Origin: Octopus sinensis
Lineage: Eukaryota
DNA length: 24,214 bases
Reading direction: 5' to 3'
Assembly (NCBI RefSeq): GCF_006345805.1
Contig: NW_021836462.1
Location: forward strand, 1-24,214
A model generated the notes under the pieces. It saw only the letters and a list, made by a program, of their open reading frames with translations. It was not told the DNA's origin and ran no database searches. Numbering within the stretch: the first letter of the stretch is position 1; each line of letters starts with the position of its first letter. Position numbers and translations under genes: made by a program. Positions 10,575-21,491 of the stretch are shown here, one piece after another.

Positions 10575-10800
10575 GTATTCTACGTTTTTATTCGACTGGA
10601 AACACATTCTGTATATAAAACAACCTGGGTGTGTTTTTGCTTTATTTTTTTACCTCAAGATCTTATGGTAATCAGTCGATCCATTATTTTTACGAAACGT
10701 CAATAGATTCTGTATTACAAAGCAAGTCTGAAGAAACAAAATGAACGCAAATAAAGCTGACCAGTGGAGTCTGTATACATGGCTATCAATATCTATCTAT
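10575..10800 (+). repeat. Duplicated block B, copy 2 (empty Helitron site)
   Basis: gactggaaacaca|ttctgtatataaaacaacctgggtg corresponds to the filled site gactggaaacaca|Helitron|ttctatatatatagcaacgtgggtg. Confidence 0.9.
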
Positions 10801-10806
10801 ATACGC

Positions 10807-10878
<72 letters not shown>

Positions 10879-10926
10879 ATATATATATATCGTGACGCAT
10901 ATAACTCGCTCTGAGATTTATCATTG

Positions 10927-10960
<34 letters not shown>

Positions 10961-11150
10961 ACACCCGTATGTTCGTATGTATATATGTAAGTATATATGT
11001 GTGTATGTCTGTCTAACTCTATGTTTTGTATTGTTGTGCAAGCTTCGTTGCTTGATTACGCAATATGTATTTTTAAGCGCAGGCCTCCATTAACGTGAAT
11101 AGATGGGGAGAAAGGAAGAGAAAGAGAAAGAGATATAGAGTGAAAGAGAC

Positions 11151-11195
<45 letters not shown>

Positions 11196-11639
11196 AAGAG
11201 AGAGAAAGATTATCTGAATGAGTGAGTGAGAATGAGAGATAAACGTATAAACATACACACACACACATGCACACACACACACACGCACACACGCACTCAC
11301 ATACATACACACACGCACACACGCACTCACACACATACACACTCACAGACATATTCAGAACATTCACAGTTATTACCGACTCCACCCCCGTCTCATATTC
11401 ATCAATATCATAGACGCAGAAACTTCGCTAAAATTGCATAACCAGCTCCACCACCATGGCGTACGTCAATGTGTGTATGCGTGTATGCATACACTTCTAT
11501 GTATATATATGTATACACACACACACACACACACACACGAACACACACACACTTTACAGGTGTGTGCTTGTGTATGCTTTTATATCTAATTTGTCAATCA
11601 GCGACTCAAATTCACACAAGCGCGCACACACACGAATAC

Positions 11640-11683
<44 letters not shown>

Positions 11684-11788
11684 GTGTGTGTGTGTGTGTG
11701 TGTTTATATACGCACACAAATATATATACATACATATAAACGTGTTTGTGCATATATTCGCATACATACGCATACGTGTTTCTACATG

Positions 11789-11829
<41 letters not shown>

Positions 11830-11956
11830 GTATATTTGTGTATATAGACATATAAATATAAATGTATATATGGGTGTATATATATATATATATTCAGATA
11901 TACATAAATATTATATAAGAGTATGTGTGTGTGTGTGTATTTGTGTATGAATGCAT

Positions 11957-12625
11957 AAATGCAGTCTAATGAACACGACTAAAAGCAGGAGAGTCATTGT
12001 AAGCAAATGTATTCTCGATGCCATCAGCCCTGACATCAGAAGGCGACAGAGTTGATTGAATGGGACTGCAGCACCGTTGTAATTAACTGGTTCTACAACG
12101 TCGAGCATAAAAAGCAACTCGTGTATTTCATCCAGTTTAAAATTGTGGATATCTACCCTTCAGAATGTAAATCCCTCCATCTAAAAACCCCAGATCTCGA
12201 TAGAGAACTTACAAGAATTAGAGACTTCTATGACAGAATTATTTTCAGCACTAGGGAGTTACTCCTATTTCACGATGGTATTGTTAGAGCAGAAAAAGGC
12301 CAGGAACCCATTCTTCGAGGTCTTCATGGGAACTCTGACGGGGCAGAGATTACCGACCGCGTCGGGCTATTTTCCCTGGATACTCTAAAAACAGACGTTG
12401 GCATTGCTGACATTCAGCGTTGTACAGGGACGATGGACTGGCAATCTTAAGCCGTATAAGAACGACTACGCCATGAATAAGTTCAGAAGGGATCTTGTAA
12501 ACATCTTCAAATAATTCGGCCTATAAATATTGCCACACAAGGGGGAACTACTTGAATTTCGCCCTAGATTTGAAAACAAACAAGTATCAAGCATTCATCA
12601 AACAATGAAATATTTCGCAAACGTT
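11957..12625 (+). mobile_element. Penelope-like element reverse transcriptase remnant (Neptune-like), frameshifted
   Basis: CSLMNTTKSRRVIVSKCILDAI / W..TVVINWFYNV..YFIQFKIVDIYPS / FEVFMG.SDGAEITDRVGL / LYRDDGLAIL (YRDD at 12423-12434) / YLNFALDLKTNKY follow the PLE RT pattern CRLINP.KS..WF...FIQFDI.DFYPS..MGS.DGAE..LYRDDGL; several frameshifts and stops. Confidence 0.85.
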
Positions 12626-12915
12626 CCTTAAACATCTGTCGTACAGTTGTCAGTCAAAAACAACCACCAAAACTATAACCACAATATGAACTACTATAGC
12701 CACTACTGTGACATATACTATATTACTTATATTTACAACGATAGCTTCCAGTACTAACTACCATAAGCACTATTAGAAACAACCGTTGCCAGCAATACTA
12801 TCATAGTAACCACTACTAAATACTGTACTGTTATAACCAAACCACTATTGACTATTATAACCACCAATAGTAACTAATATAGCCACAAATACTAACTGAT
12901 ATAACTACCAATGAT

Positions 12916-13099
12916 ATTCTTTTCTACTCTAGGCACAAGGCCCGAAATTTTTGAGAAGAGAGCCAGTCGATTAGTTCGACCCCAGTACGCAACTGGTACT
13001 TAAGTTATCGACCCCGAAAGGATGAAAGTGAAGTCGACTTCGGCGGAATTTGAACCCAGAACATAAAGATAGACGAAATACTGCTAGCTCACTGCCTTT
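12916..13099 (-). mobile_element. SINE family A (head partly deleted)
   Basis: Reverse complement contains ttcatcctttcggggtcgataacttaagtaccagttgcgtactggggtcg and the tail cttgtgcctagagtagaaaagaat. Confidence 0.85.
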
Positions 13100-13142
13100 A
13101 AACTACCAATAATATTACAGCCACTTATTCTAATCTACTAAA

Positions 13143-13464
13143 AACGGAGCACTCCGTCGGTTACGACGACGAGGGTCCAGCTGATCCAAACAACAGAACA
13201 GCCTGCTCGTGAATTTAGCGTGCAAATGGCTGAGTACTCCACAGACACATGTACCTCTAACGTAGTTCTCAGGGGAGATTCAGCGTGACACAAGTGTGAC
13301 AAGGCTGGCCCTTTGAAATACAGATACAACTCATTTTTGCCAGCTGAATGGACTGGAGCAACATGAAATAAAGTGTCTTGCTCAAGGACACACCGCATCG
13401 CTGGGATTTGAACTCACGACCTTACAATCGTAAGTCGAATGCCCTAACCACTAAGCCACGCGCC
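13143..13464 (-). mobile_element. tRNA-derived SINE with CORE-like centre (family C)
   Basis: Reverse complement ggcgcgtggcttagtggttagggcattcg...gagttcaaatccc...gtgtccttgagcaagacactttatttca...cagctggcaaaaatgagt, tail ending gtcgtaaccgacggagtgctccg. Confidence 0.85.
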
Positions 13465-13506
13465 TTCAAAGTATCTACTATGGCCACCAATATTAATAAT
13501 ACATCC

Positions 13507-13714
13507 AAGGCGTCGAGTTGGCAGAATCGTTAGCTCGCCGGGTATAATGCTAAGCGGTGTTTTGTTCTTCGCGTTCTGAGTTCAAATTCCGCCGAGATCG
13601 ACTTTGACGTTCATCGATAAAATAAGTATTAATATCAATTGAACACTGGGGTTGATCCGATCTACTTACTCCATCCTGGAGAAATTGCTGGCCTTGAGCC
13701 AAAATTTGAAACCA
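13507..13714 (+). mobile_element. SINE family A
   Basis: aaggcgtcgagttggcagaatcgttagc...gagttcaaattccgccgagatcgactttg...ggccttgagccaaaatttgaaacc. Confidence 0.85.
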
Positions 13715-13824
13715 ATATTAATAATATAGCCGCTAATATTCCTATTATAACATATAAATATGCCTCAAGGAGCTGTTCTACAATGAAGTTACAGATGTTG
13801 AATAATTTCTTTTGCGGCGTGACG

Positions 13825-14090
13825 CGAAGGGACGTGGCTCAGTGGTTAGGGTTTTGCACTCAAGATCGCAAGATCGCGATTACAATTCCCGGACTGGGCG
13901 GTGCGTTGTGCTATTCAGCAGAAGACATCCTTTCACGTTACTCCATTCAGCTATAAATGAGTTACCCTGTGATGGACGAGTGCCTTATTCATGAGGAATG
14001 TTATGATTTCGGTCGCTTACACGTCACTGAAACCAAGTGACGGGCCTTTAAGCCCTAGGATTGGAGATATAATGTCTAGGGGTTGATGAT
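13825..14090 (+). mobile_element. Diverged family C-like SINE with alternative 3' module
   Basis: gggacgtggctcagtggttaggg head, ccggactgggcggtgcgttgtg, then ccctgtgatggacgagtgcc...gaaacc and a (GAT)n end. Confidence 0.65.
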
Positions 14091-14295
14091 GATGTGAAGA
14101 AAAGGAATCGGATGCATTTGAAAGAAAAAAAATGAATAGTTAATGAAAATATTTAAATCTCATACGAAGAGTCAATCTTAAATGGATTCACAGGTATTTT
14201 TTCTCTACGACATGTAAACTACCCAAAGTCATGTATTGTATTATCCGATAAATGCATTCATTGTTTTTCCATTTATTTTAAACCTTATTGTTTCA

Positions 14296-14529
14296 TATTT
14301 CTTTACTGCCCACAAGGGGCTACACACAGAGGGGACAAACAAGAACAGACAAACGGATTAAGTCGATTATATCGACCCCAGTGTGTAACTGGTGCTTATT
14401 TAATCGACCCTGAAAGGATGAAAGCCAAAGTCGACCTCGGCGGAATTTGAACTCAGAACGTAGCGGCAGACGAAATACTGCTAAGCATTTCGCCCGGCGT
14501 GCTTACGATTCTGCCAGCTTGCCGCCTTA
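14296..14529 (-). mobile_element. Full-length SINE family A with 13-bp TSD
   Basis: Complete head, centre and tail; ccttattgtttca at 14283-14295 and 14532-14544. Confidence 0.92.
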
Positions 14530-14531
14530 AT

Positions 14532-15005
14532 CCTTATTGTTTCAGAGCGTTTGATACCCATGCCTCGAGGTTTTGCATCTTATCCATTGTCTAAAGGTAA
14601 CGGGCGATTGTAGTATGAGAGCATCTCATCTGCTAGGCTAATTTCCTAATAGAATGGCGAGGGACCTTTGGATGGGCTTGTTGAATCGATCCTCATTGAA
14701 CTGTACAGGTCAGTCGGAACGCAAAGTCTATCCTTTCCTTGGAGCCTTTTCCCTACACAGAACAAATATCTCGAACAACCTCAATAGATTTGGAACCTTG
14801 ATTGAAAGTAAAGAGAAGCAGGTGTTTTTTTTTCTACTTAGTATTCCATTGTCATTTGACTGAAAAAGACGTAGAATCTATTCAAATTTCAAAACAATAG
14901 ATAACATGGCTACAAAATACCATAACACATTACTATAAAAATATATTTCGTTTTAATTTAAATAACATTGGAAAGAAAAGAGCAACTTTATCTGGCAACC
15001 GAGTA
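14532..15005 (-). mobile_element. mariner transposon 5' remnant (TIR-like end and N-terminal HTH region of transposase)
   Basis: From ATG at 14849: MEY*VEKK..HLLLFTFNQGSKSIEVVRDICSV*GKG / PVQFNEDRFN / SIRKLA*QMRCSHTTIARYL*TMDKMQNLEAWVSNAL, matching the mariner pattern HLLLFAFN.G..AAEAARDIC.VYG..RPVEFDE..TTRELA..CSH.AI..HL..MGKVQ..G.WVPHAL. TA + ctcggttgccagataaagttg at ~15005 looks like a TIR. Confidence 0.85.
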
Positions 15006-15896
15006 TTTCGCTACTTTGTATAACCATCCATCAGGTCAAATAGAAGACACGATTGCAATTACATAAATGTTAACAGAAATATCTCGGGAAATATATGTTG
15101 CGTAATAACATTTCTTAATACAAAAGAATTAACACTCATTTCGTCATGACAAATTAGTTTTCTAGTTTTACATGAGAGAAACATTCTCAAACATTCTCCC
15201 AACACACACTCATGTACACACACACGCACACAAAGACACATACACACACACATACACACACACACATCACACGCATACACTCACACATATGTACATACAC
15301 ACACGCGCATACACACACGCACACACCTGTACACTAAACATGCACGAAATCTTTCCTGGCCCAACATTTATCTGCTGAATAATTATAAACAAGATCAAAC
15401 GTGCGACAAATCGCTGATAAGATTTCTGCTGTATTCAGTGAAATACCAGGTACAATATATTTCTCAAAGATTGCTGATTCATTAAGAAAGAAAGAAAAAA
15501 AATGCTTTTGTTGACAAGTTCTTTGTTTTGTTGTTGTGATCTGTTATCGTGAGAACGAACCCAGCCCATTATGTATTTGAAGGAGAAACAGCTAGCATTG
15601 GGAATTTCCTTCTTCATTGTTCTCAGAAAGTGTTCAGTAGTGAAGCAAACGACACGATTCGTCACATAGACTCATGCACATCTATTTAAAAACACGTGAA
15701 AACTACAGTATGGCGGGGAGTTGAAATGGAGCCTCGTTTTGATCTTTGTAGTTTAAAGCAGATTATTCACCTCAGCACAAAACACTTGGGTTTCTTTATA
15801 AAGGAGACACATAAAAGACGACTGAATCAACTCCAAAAGGTAAAATACTGCAGGGGCTTTGCGTCTCACGCTCATATTTTGCCACGCACAGCCCTA

Positions 15897-16068
15897 ACTA
15901 ATAATAATAATAATAATAATAATCATAATAATAATAAAATAATAATAATATAATATTGATGATGATGAGATGATATGATGGTGATGATAATAATAATAAT
16001 AATATAATAATAATAATAATAGTAATATAATAAAATAAAATACATAATAATGATGATGATGATGATGT

Positions 16069-16100
<32 letters not shown>

Positions 16101-16641
16101 GTGATGATTATAATAATAATAATGATAATAATAAAATAATAATAATAATGATGATGATGCTGATGATGATGATGATGATGATGATGATGTGATTGATAAT
16201 AATAATAATATATAATAATAATAATATAATAATAATAATAAAAAAAATAATAATAATAATAATAATAATGATTCTTTATTACCACGAGGGTTTACATTAA
16301 GACAGACATTAAAGACAATGCAGGACAAAACAAAGAATGTGTGTGTGTATGTGTGTGAGTGTGTCTTGTGGGGGTTTTGCGTGTAAACAAGACTGACAAA
16401 TTTTTTTTAAAAAAGAAAGGAAGAAAGAAATCAAGAATGTGTAATCCGCAATAGGGAGGAGACGTTGGTGGGTTGCTCATGGAAAATTCCATTAAAAAAA
16501 AAAATAATAATGATTTTATTTACTTGCCACAAAGGCGAAGGATGGAGGAGGAGGAGGAGGAGGAGGGGAGAACAACAGAAGTAACAACAACAACAACAAC
16601 AGCAACAATAATAATAATAATAATGATGATGATGATGATGT

Positions 16642-16679
<38 letters not shown>

Positions 16680-16699
16680 TGATGATAACAACAACAAAC

Positions 16700-16760
<61 letters not shown>
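15897..16760. repeat. Compound trinucleotide microsatellite field (TAA/TGA/GGA/ACA)
   Basis: Direct reading; source of the poly-Y/I/H/S/L/M ORFs. Confidence 0.95.
16268..16335 (-). repeat. Short retroposon-like 3' tail ending in (ATT)n; second copy at ~18174-18245
   Basis: ttctttattaccacgagggtttacattaagacagacatta...caggacaaaacaaa vs ttctttattcaccacaaaggtttacattaagaaaaacatta...caggacgaaacaaa, each directly after a (TAA)n run. Confidence 0.6.
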
Positions 16761-17092
16761 GTGGGGGAGCATCATAGCCATGTGTTGAGAATTCATTGGG
16801 GTTTGGATGATTCATACTTGGAAACATGGATGGTTCGTTCAACATCCTTAAACAATCCTTATTCAGGGACCTTTTGAGCGAGATGGTTTACTCGGCCAGA
16901 AGAAAATTCTAACTGGGCCCCACCTGCAAGGTCTTGTGCTGTTTATCTTGATATTAGATCACCATGTCGCGCATATATGGTTATGATACATGTGCCTGGT
17001 GTACCCTTATCAGACGGGTAGTCATGATGGGTATACTGGGCTTCGTATATTTTACCCCGGTGTCACTTTGATGGCATGCACTGCTCTCTCAC

Positions 17093-17093
<1 letters not shown>
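16761..17093 (+). mobile_element. Non-coding retroposon segment embedded in (TAA)n
   Basis: ~330-bp non-coding block flanked by (TAA)n on both sides, ending gcatgcactgctctctcact(aat)n; resembles an abundant octopus repeat I recall. Confidence 0.6.
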
Positions 17094-17130
<37 letters not shown>

Positions 17131-17154
17131 TAATAATAATATAATAATAACAAC

Positions 17155-17219
<65 letters not shown>

Positions 17220-17553
17220 TAATAATAATAATAATTAACAACAACAACAATAATATAATAACTATGGAAGACTAGTGGGAATATTATCTGTATGTACTTG
17301 AAGGACTTGGTAGATATTTAGTAAGATAATTTAGGAGTTAGTTATAGGGCCACTTACTGAATTTATTTACCGATACTGTTTTTGTACATAGGTTAAATGT
17401 GGTGTCTTTGTAGTAGTTTAATTAATAATGTTTGTGTTTAATCCTTCCTAGTATTAATATTGAATGAATGTGGTGATATCTAAGTTATGTTGGATTGTTG
17501 GTATGGTATGGCTGTTATTGTATACGCGGAATAGTTTTATAAAACATCCATTT

Positions 17554-17922
17554 GATATGATAATCGACATAGCATACCCTGGTGACAACAGGATCAATGT
17601 GAAAGAAGAAGAAAATATAAACAACTATGACGATTTGAAGTGAGAAATACGAAGGTTGTGGTCAATGAGGAGAGTAGACGTGATACCATTAGTAATTGGT
17701 GCAGTTGGAAGTATCAGCGCTCAACTACCAATATGGCTGGAAAAGATCGATGCAAGTGTAAAGGTAGAACACCTACAAAAATCAGCATTGCTTCGAACTG
17801 CAAGAATTCTTCGCAGGGTTCTTGAAGCATGACCAGTAAACAAGTGTCGCCTTAATGTGCTGGCTGTGAACAACTGACACTTTCCATCATATCCAGCAAA
17901 ATAAACTCTGACTTTTCATATG
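17554..17922 (+). mobile_element. 3' end of an R4/Dong-like RLE non-LTR retrotransposon, 5'-truncated
   Basis: 17557-17832: MIIDIAYPGDNRINVKEEENINNYDDLK*EIRRLWSMRRVDVIPLVIGAVGSISAQLPIWLEKIDASVKVEHLQKSALLRTARILRRVLEA* (premature TGA 17641-43), ~90-bp 3' UTR, then (TAA)n. Confidence 0.88.
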
Positions 17923-17949
17923 ATAATAATAATAATAATAATAATAATA

Positions 17950-17988
<39 letters not shown>

Positions 17989-18097
17989 TTTCTTTGATAC
18001 TACTACTACTACTACTACTACGACGACGACGACCACCATAACCACCACCACCACCACCACCACCACCACGACTACTACTACTAATTATAATAAATAT

Positions 18098-18140
<43 letters not shown>

Positions 18141-18308
18141 TAATAATAATAATAATAATATTAATAATAATAATTTCTTTATTCACCACAAAGGTTTACA
18201 TTAAGAAAAACATTATGTACAGCACAGGACGAAACAAAAAATAAGTGTGTGTGTTGTGTGTGTGTGTGTGTGTATGTGTGTGGTGTGTTGTGTGTGTATG
18301 TGTGTGAC

Positions 18309-18760
18309 GTTAGAACGTCCACATTTTGTCACTTTTGCCTCTGTTGTTGGTGGATGCCCCCACCTTTGGAGGGTTCAGAATTCCAATTCAAACAAGGAGA
18401 AATATTTAAGATCAAATCAAATTTCACCTGCGCCTCAGTAAATGTAATCTATGTCATGACATGCATAGGATGTGGTAAACTCTATATTGGACAAATAGGA
18501 ATTTCGCTCCGTCAAAGAATCACCATTCACAAAGAGCAAATCCGTCACCCACAATACAGGCAGTTAAAGGTGAGTGAACACATAGAAAGATGTGCCAGGA
18601 ATCTTAATCCCAATTCCAAATATTTCCCTTGTACCAATGTTCACAGAACACCACAATGCAACAAAGGTTGAATAAAGAGGCATTTTGCATCAATAAATTT
18701 CTCCCCCAACTAAACATGAACACATAACTCAATACGGAACACCACTAACACTTCAATTAA
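18309..18760 (+). mobile_element. Penelope-like element GIY-YIG endonuclease remnant with inverted 5' segment
   Basis: CPH(fs)LEGSEFQFKQGEIFKIKSNFTCASVNVIYVMTCIGCGKLYIGQIGISLRQRITIHKEQIRHPQYRQLKVSEHIERC..(fs)IFPLYQC..RLNKEAFCINKFLPQLN; the VIY..YIG motif and CCCC Zn-finger pattern are typical of PLEs. The 3' UTR probably extends to ~19170. Confidence 0.9.
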
Positions 18761-19293
18761 AACCACTAACCCCTATACATTTCCTACACCACTCACATCT
18801 CTAAATCCAGAACTACTTACCTCCCTTACAAATAATCCAGAACTTCTTACCTCTCTTACAAATAATCTTTTTTCTCAGGAACTATTAGACTTGACACCGT
18901 GTATTTACCGGTGTTGTTCAAACGATGAATAGATTTGCGTAAACCATGGTCCGTTTTGTTCTCTTACTTTATTATCATCTCATAATCATCTCATAATAAT
19001 GACTTTTATGACTCGTATTACTACCTCAGTCAATCTAAATGTATATATTTGTCGTTACCTATCATAAATAACCTATTTTTATTTGCAATGTGCATTTTCG
19101 TTGATTTTTCATATTTTACCCTTACATTTTCCACATGTATTTTACATTTTCTTTTCGTAACATATTTCTACTATATATATATATATATATAGATATATAT
19201 ATATATATATATATAATTATATATATATAACATACATATATGTACATAATATGTATATACATATATGTATTTAATATATATATATATTACACA

Positions 19294-19364
<71 letters not shown>

Positions 19365-19367
19365 ATA

Positions 19368-19654
19368 GGCGCAGAAGTAGCTGTGTGGTAAGTAGCTTGC
19401 TAAAAACCACATGGTTCCGGTTTCAGTGCCACATATATGTATATGTTTGTATGTCTGTGTTTGTCTCCCCACCATCGCTTGACAACCGATGCTGGTGTGT
19501 TTACGTCCCCGCAACTTAGCTGTTCGGCAAAAGATACCGACAGAATAAGTACCAGGCTTACAAATAATAAGTCCTGGGGTCGATTTGCTCGACTAATGGT
19601 GCTGCTCAAGCATGGCCGCAGTCAAATAACTAAAACAAATAAAAGAATAAAAGA
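19368..19654 (+). mobile_element. tRNA-derived SINE family D, internally deleted
   Basis: ggcgcagaagtagctgtgtggtaagtagcttgct head, ccgacagaataagtaccagg...cctggggtcgatttgctcgac (shared with family A centre), tail aaacaaataaaagaataaaaga. Confidence 0.8.
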
Positions 19655-19963
19655 ATATGTATACACATCCATATATTCTTTTATGCACACACACACACAC
19701 ACACCGGACTATACTAACGAATCAAATGACACACTTTCAAACTTTCAATGCCTCTCTTATACCCTCTCCTCTCCCCGCTGTACCCCACCACCTAATACGG
19801 CAGATCTCTACCTCCCCTGTTTCAAGTGTACAGGTGTCCACTTAACTCCTAATATAACATCATGCCTGAAGTATGTTTGTCTTACTCCAACCTTCCCCCG
19901 TCACAATGCCACACTCTTATTTCACACACTCCGTCACTACACACGCAGATACACATACACACG

Positions 19964-20025
<62 letters not shown>

Positions 20026-20126
20026 TTATCTAGATGATAAAGTCCTTCATATAAAGATTATTTCTTGTGTTGATATTTTTGTTGTTTAACCCCGATTCAG
20101 GTCAAACCTAAACATTCCAGTATTAA

Positions 20127-20856
20127 CCCATTGCCTGCCATGAGCCCCATTTGGAGATCTGCTATAAACAGTCTCACTGCTGGTTGTTCGTTGTATTTAA
20201 AGTGAGTTGCCAAAGTACATTGCATTTGCAGAGGTGTGTTTAACAATATTTAGTAGTTTAAAAAAGGCGGGCGAAATGTTTAGCGATATTTCATCTCTCT
20301 TTATGTTCTGGGTTCAAATTTCGCCGTGGTCAACTTTACGTTTACTTTTTTCGGGGTCAATAAATTAAGCACCAGTTGCGTACTGGAGTCGTTGTAATCG
20401 ACTGGTCCCCTCCCCCAAAATTTGGAGCACATTGTGCCTAGAGTAGAAAAGAATATTTAGTTGTTACAATATGTCATTATTAGCTCTGGCTAATTCCAGA
20501 GGACATTTTATGATTAAAAAAATCGCAATTTTTGAACAACAAAAATACTGTTTTGAAAATTTTCTTTTTTTCTTTTAATGCATTTCCCATCTATATCATT
20601 CATTGATATTTCATACACATTCACATTTGATACTATAGTTTCCAAAAAATTAAAATGTTTATTATTGCAATTGAATAGAAAAGGATAAATATGTTACTTT
20701 TTTTTCAGCGATCCCCATTGGAGATTTTTCGAAAAATGTATCATAATTTCCAAAATAATTCACATATGAAAAAATTTTAATATTATATATTATTTTAACT
20801 ATTAAAACACCCGGCAAGGCCAAAGAGTATGGATTAAAAAATTGGCAGTTAATGGG
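20127..20856. mobile_element. piggyBac-type non-autonomous DNA transposon (730 bp including nested SINE)
   Basis: TTAA at 20123-26 and 20857-60; TIRs cccattgcctgcca / tggcagttaatggg (12/14 match); no ORF. Confidence 0.8.
20259..20451 (+). mobile_element. SINE family A nested in the MITE
   Basis: Family A centre and gtgcctagagtagaaaag tail; TSD aatatttagtagtt (20245-58) / aatatttagttgtt (20452-65). Confidence 0.88.
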
Positions 20857-21133
20857 TTAAACATTCTCTCTTTTACGGGCATAATAAAATTAGAATTTCA
20901 TTATCCTATGTAATGTTCTTATTTGGGAAAATATGATGCGACTTTAAGGAAATTTGGTTGCTATTTCTAGCACTGTCTTGGTTATTAGCGCACCACCCTG
21001 TCCTTTTTTAAAACTATTATCTAGCTGCCTTTAGTAGTATTCGCTTTGTTGCAAGTATTCGAAATATGCTCCCTCAATAGGGGATCTTTGCTATCGTGCC
21101 TCAATGCACACTAACATTATTTGCACATTTCTC

Positions 21134-21491
21134 CGTCTGTCTTCATGTTTTTAGTTCAAATTACACCGAGGTCGAATTTGCCTTTCATCCTTTCGAGGTC
21201 GATTAAATAAGTACCAGTTATGCACTGGGGTCGATATAATTGATTTAATCCGTTTTTCTGTCCTTGTTTGTCCTCTCTGTGTTTAGCCCCTTGTGGGTAG
21301 TAAAGAAATAGGTATTTCGTCTGCCGCTACGTTCTGAGTTGAAATTCCGACGAGGTCGACTTTGCCTTTCATCCTTTCGGGGTCGATTAAATAAGTACCA
21401 GTTACATACTGGGGTAGATGTAATCGATTTAATCCCTTTGTATGTCCTTCTTTGTCCCCTCTGTTTAGACCCTTTGTGAGCAATAAAGAAA
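21134..21491 (+). mobile_element. Head-to-tail dimer of 5'-truncated family A SINEs
   Basis: Two ~180-bp units (junction aaagaaata|ggtatttcgtctgcc at ~21310), each with the ttcatcctttcgRggtcgattaaataagtaccag centre. Confidence 0.88.

Noticed and set aside
12640-12910. ACT/ACC-rich stretch that could encode a Thr-rich mucin-like peptide
   Set aside because: Degenerate low-complexity DNA with stops and no ORF of 60 aa or more in the track.
17280-17550. Possible Penelope-like remnant on the minus strand upstream of the Dong-like fragment
   Set aside because: Strand-biased composition only; no convincing motif.
18888-18925. Degenerate hammerhead-like motif (acaccg/cggtgt stem then caaacg) in the PLE 3' region
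   Set aside because: The CUGAUGA and GAAA cores are not intact; at most a fossil.
19437-20033. 198-aa ORF
   Set aside because: Chance read-through of a SINE, CA repeats and a C-rich unassigned segment; no recognisable domain.
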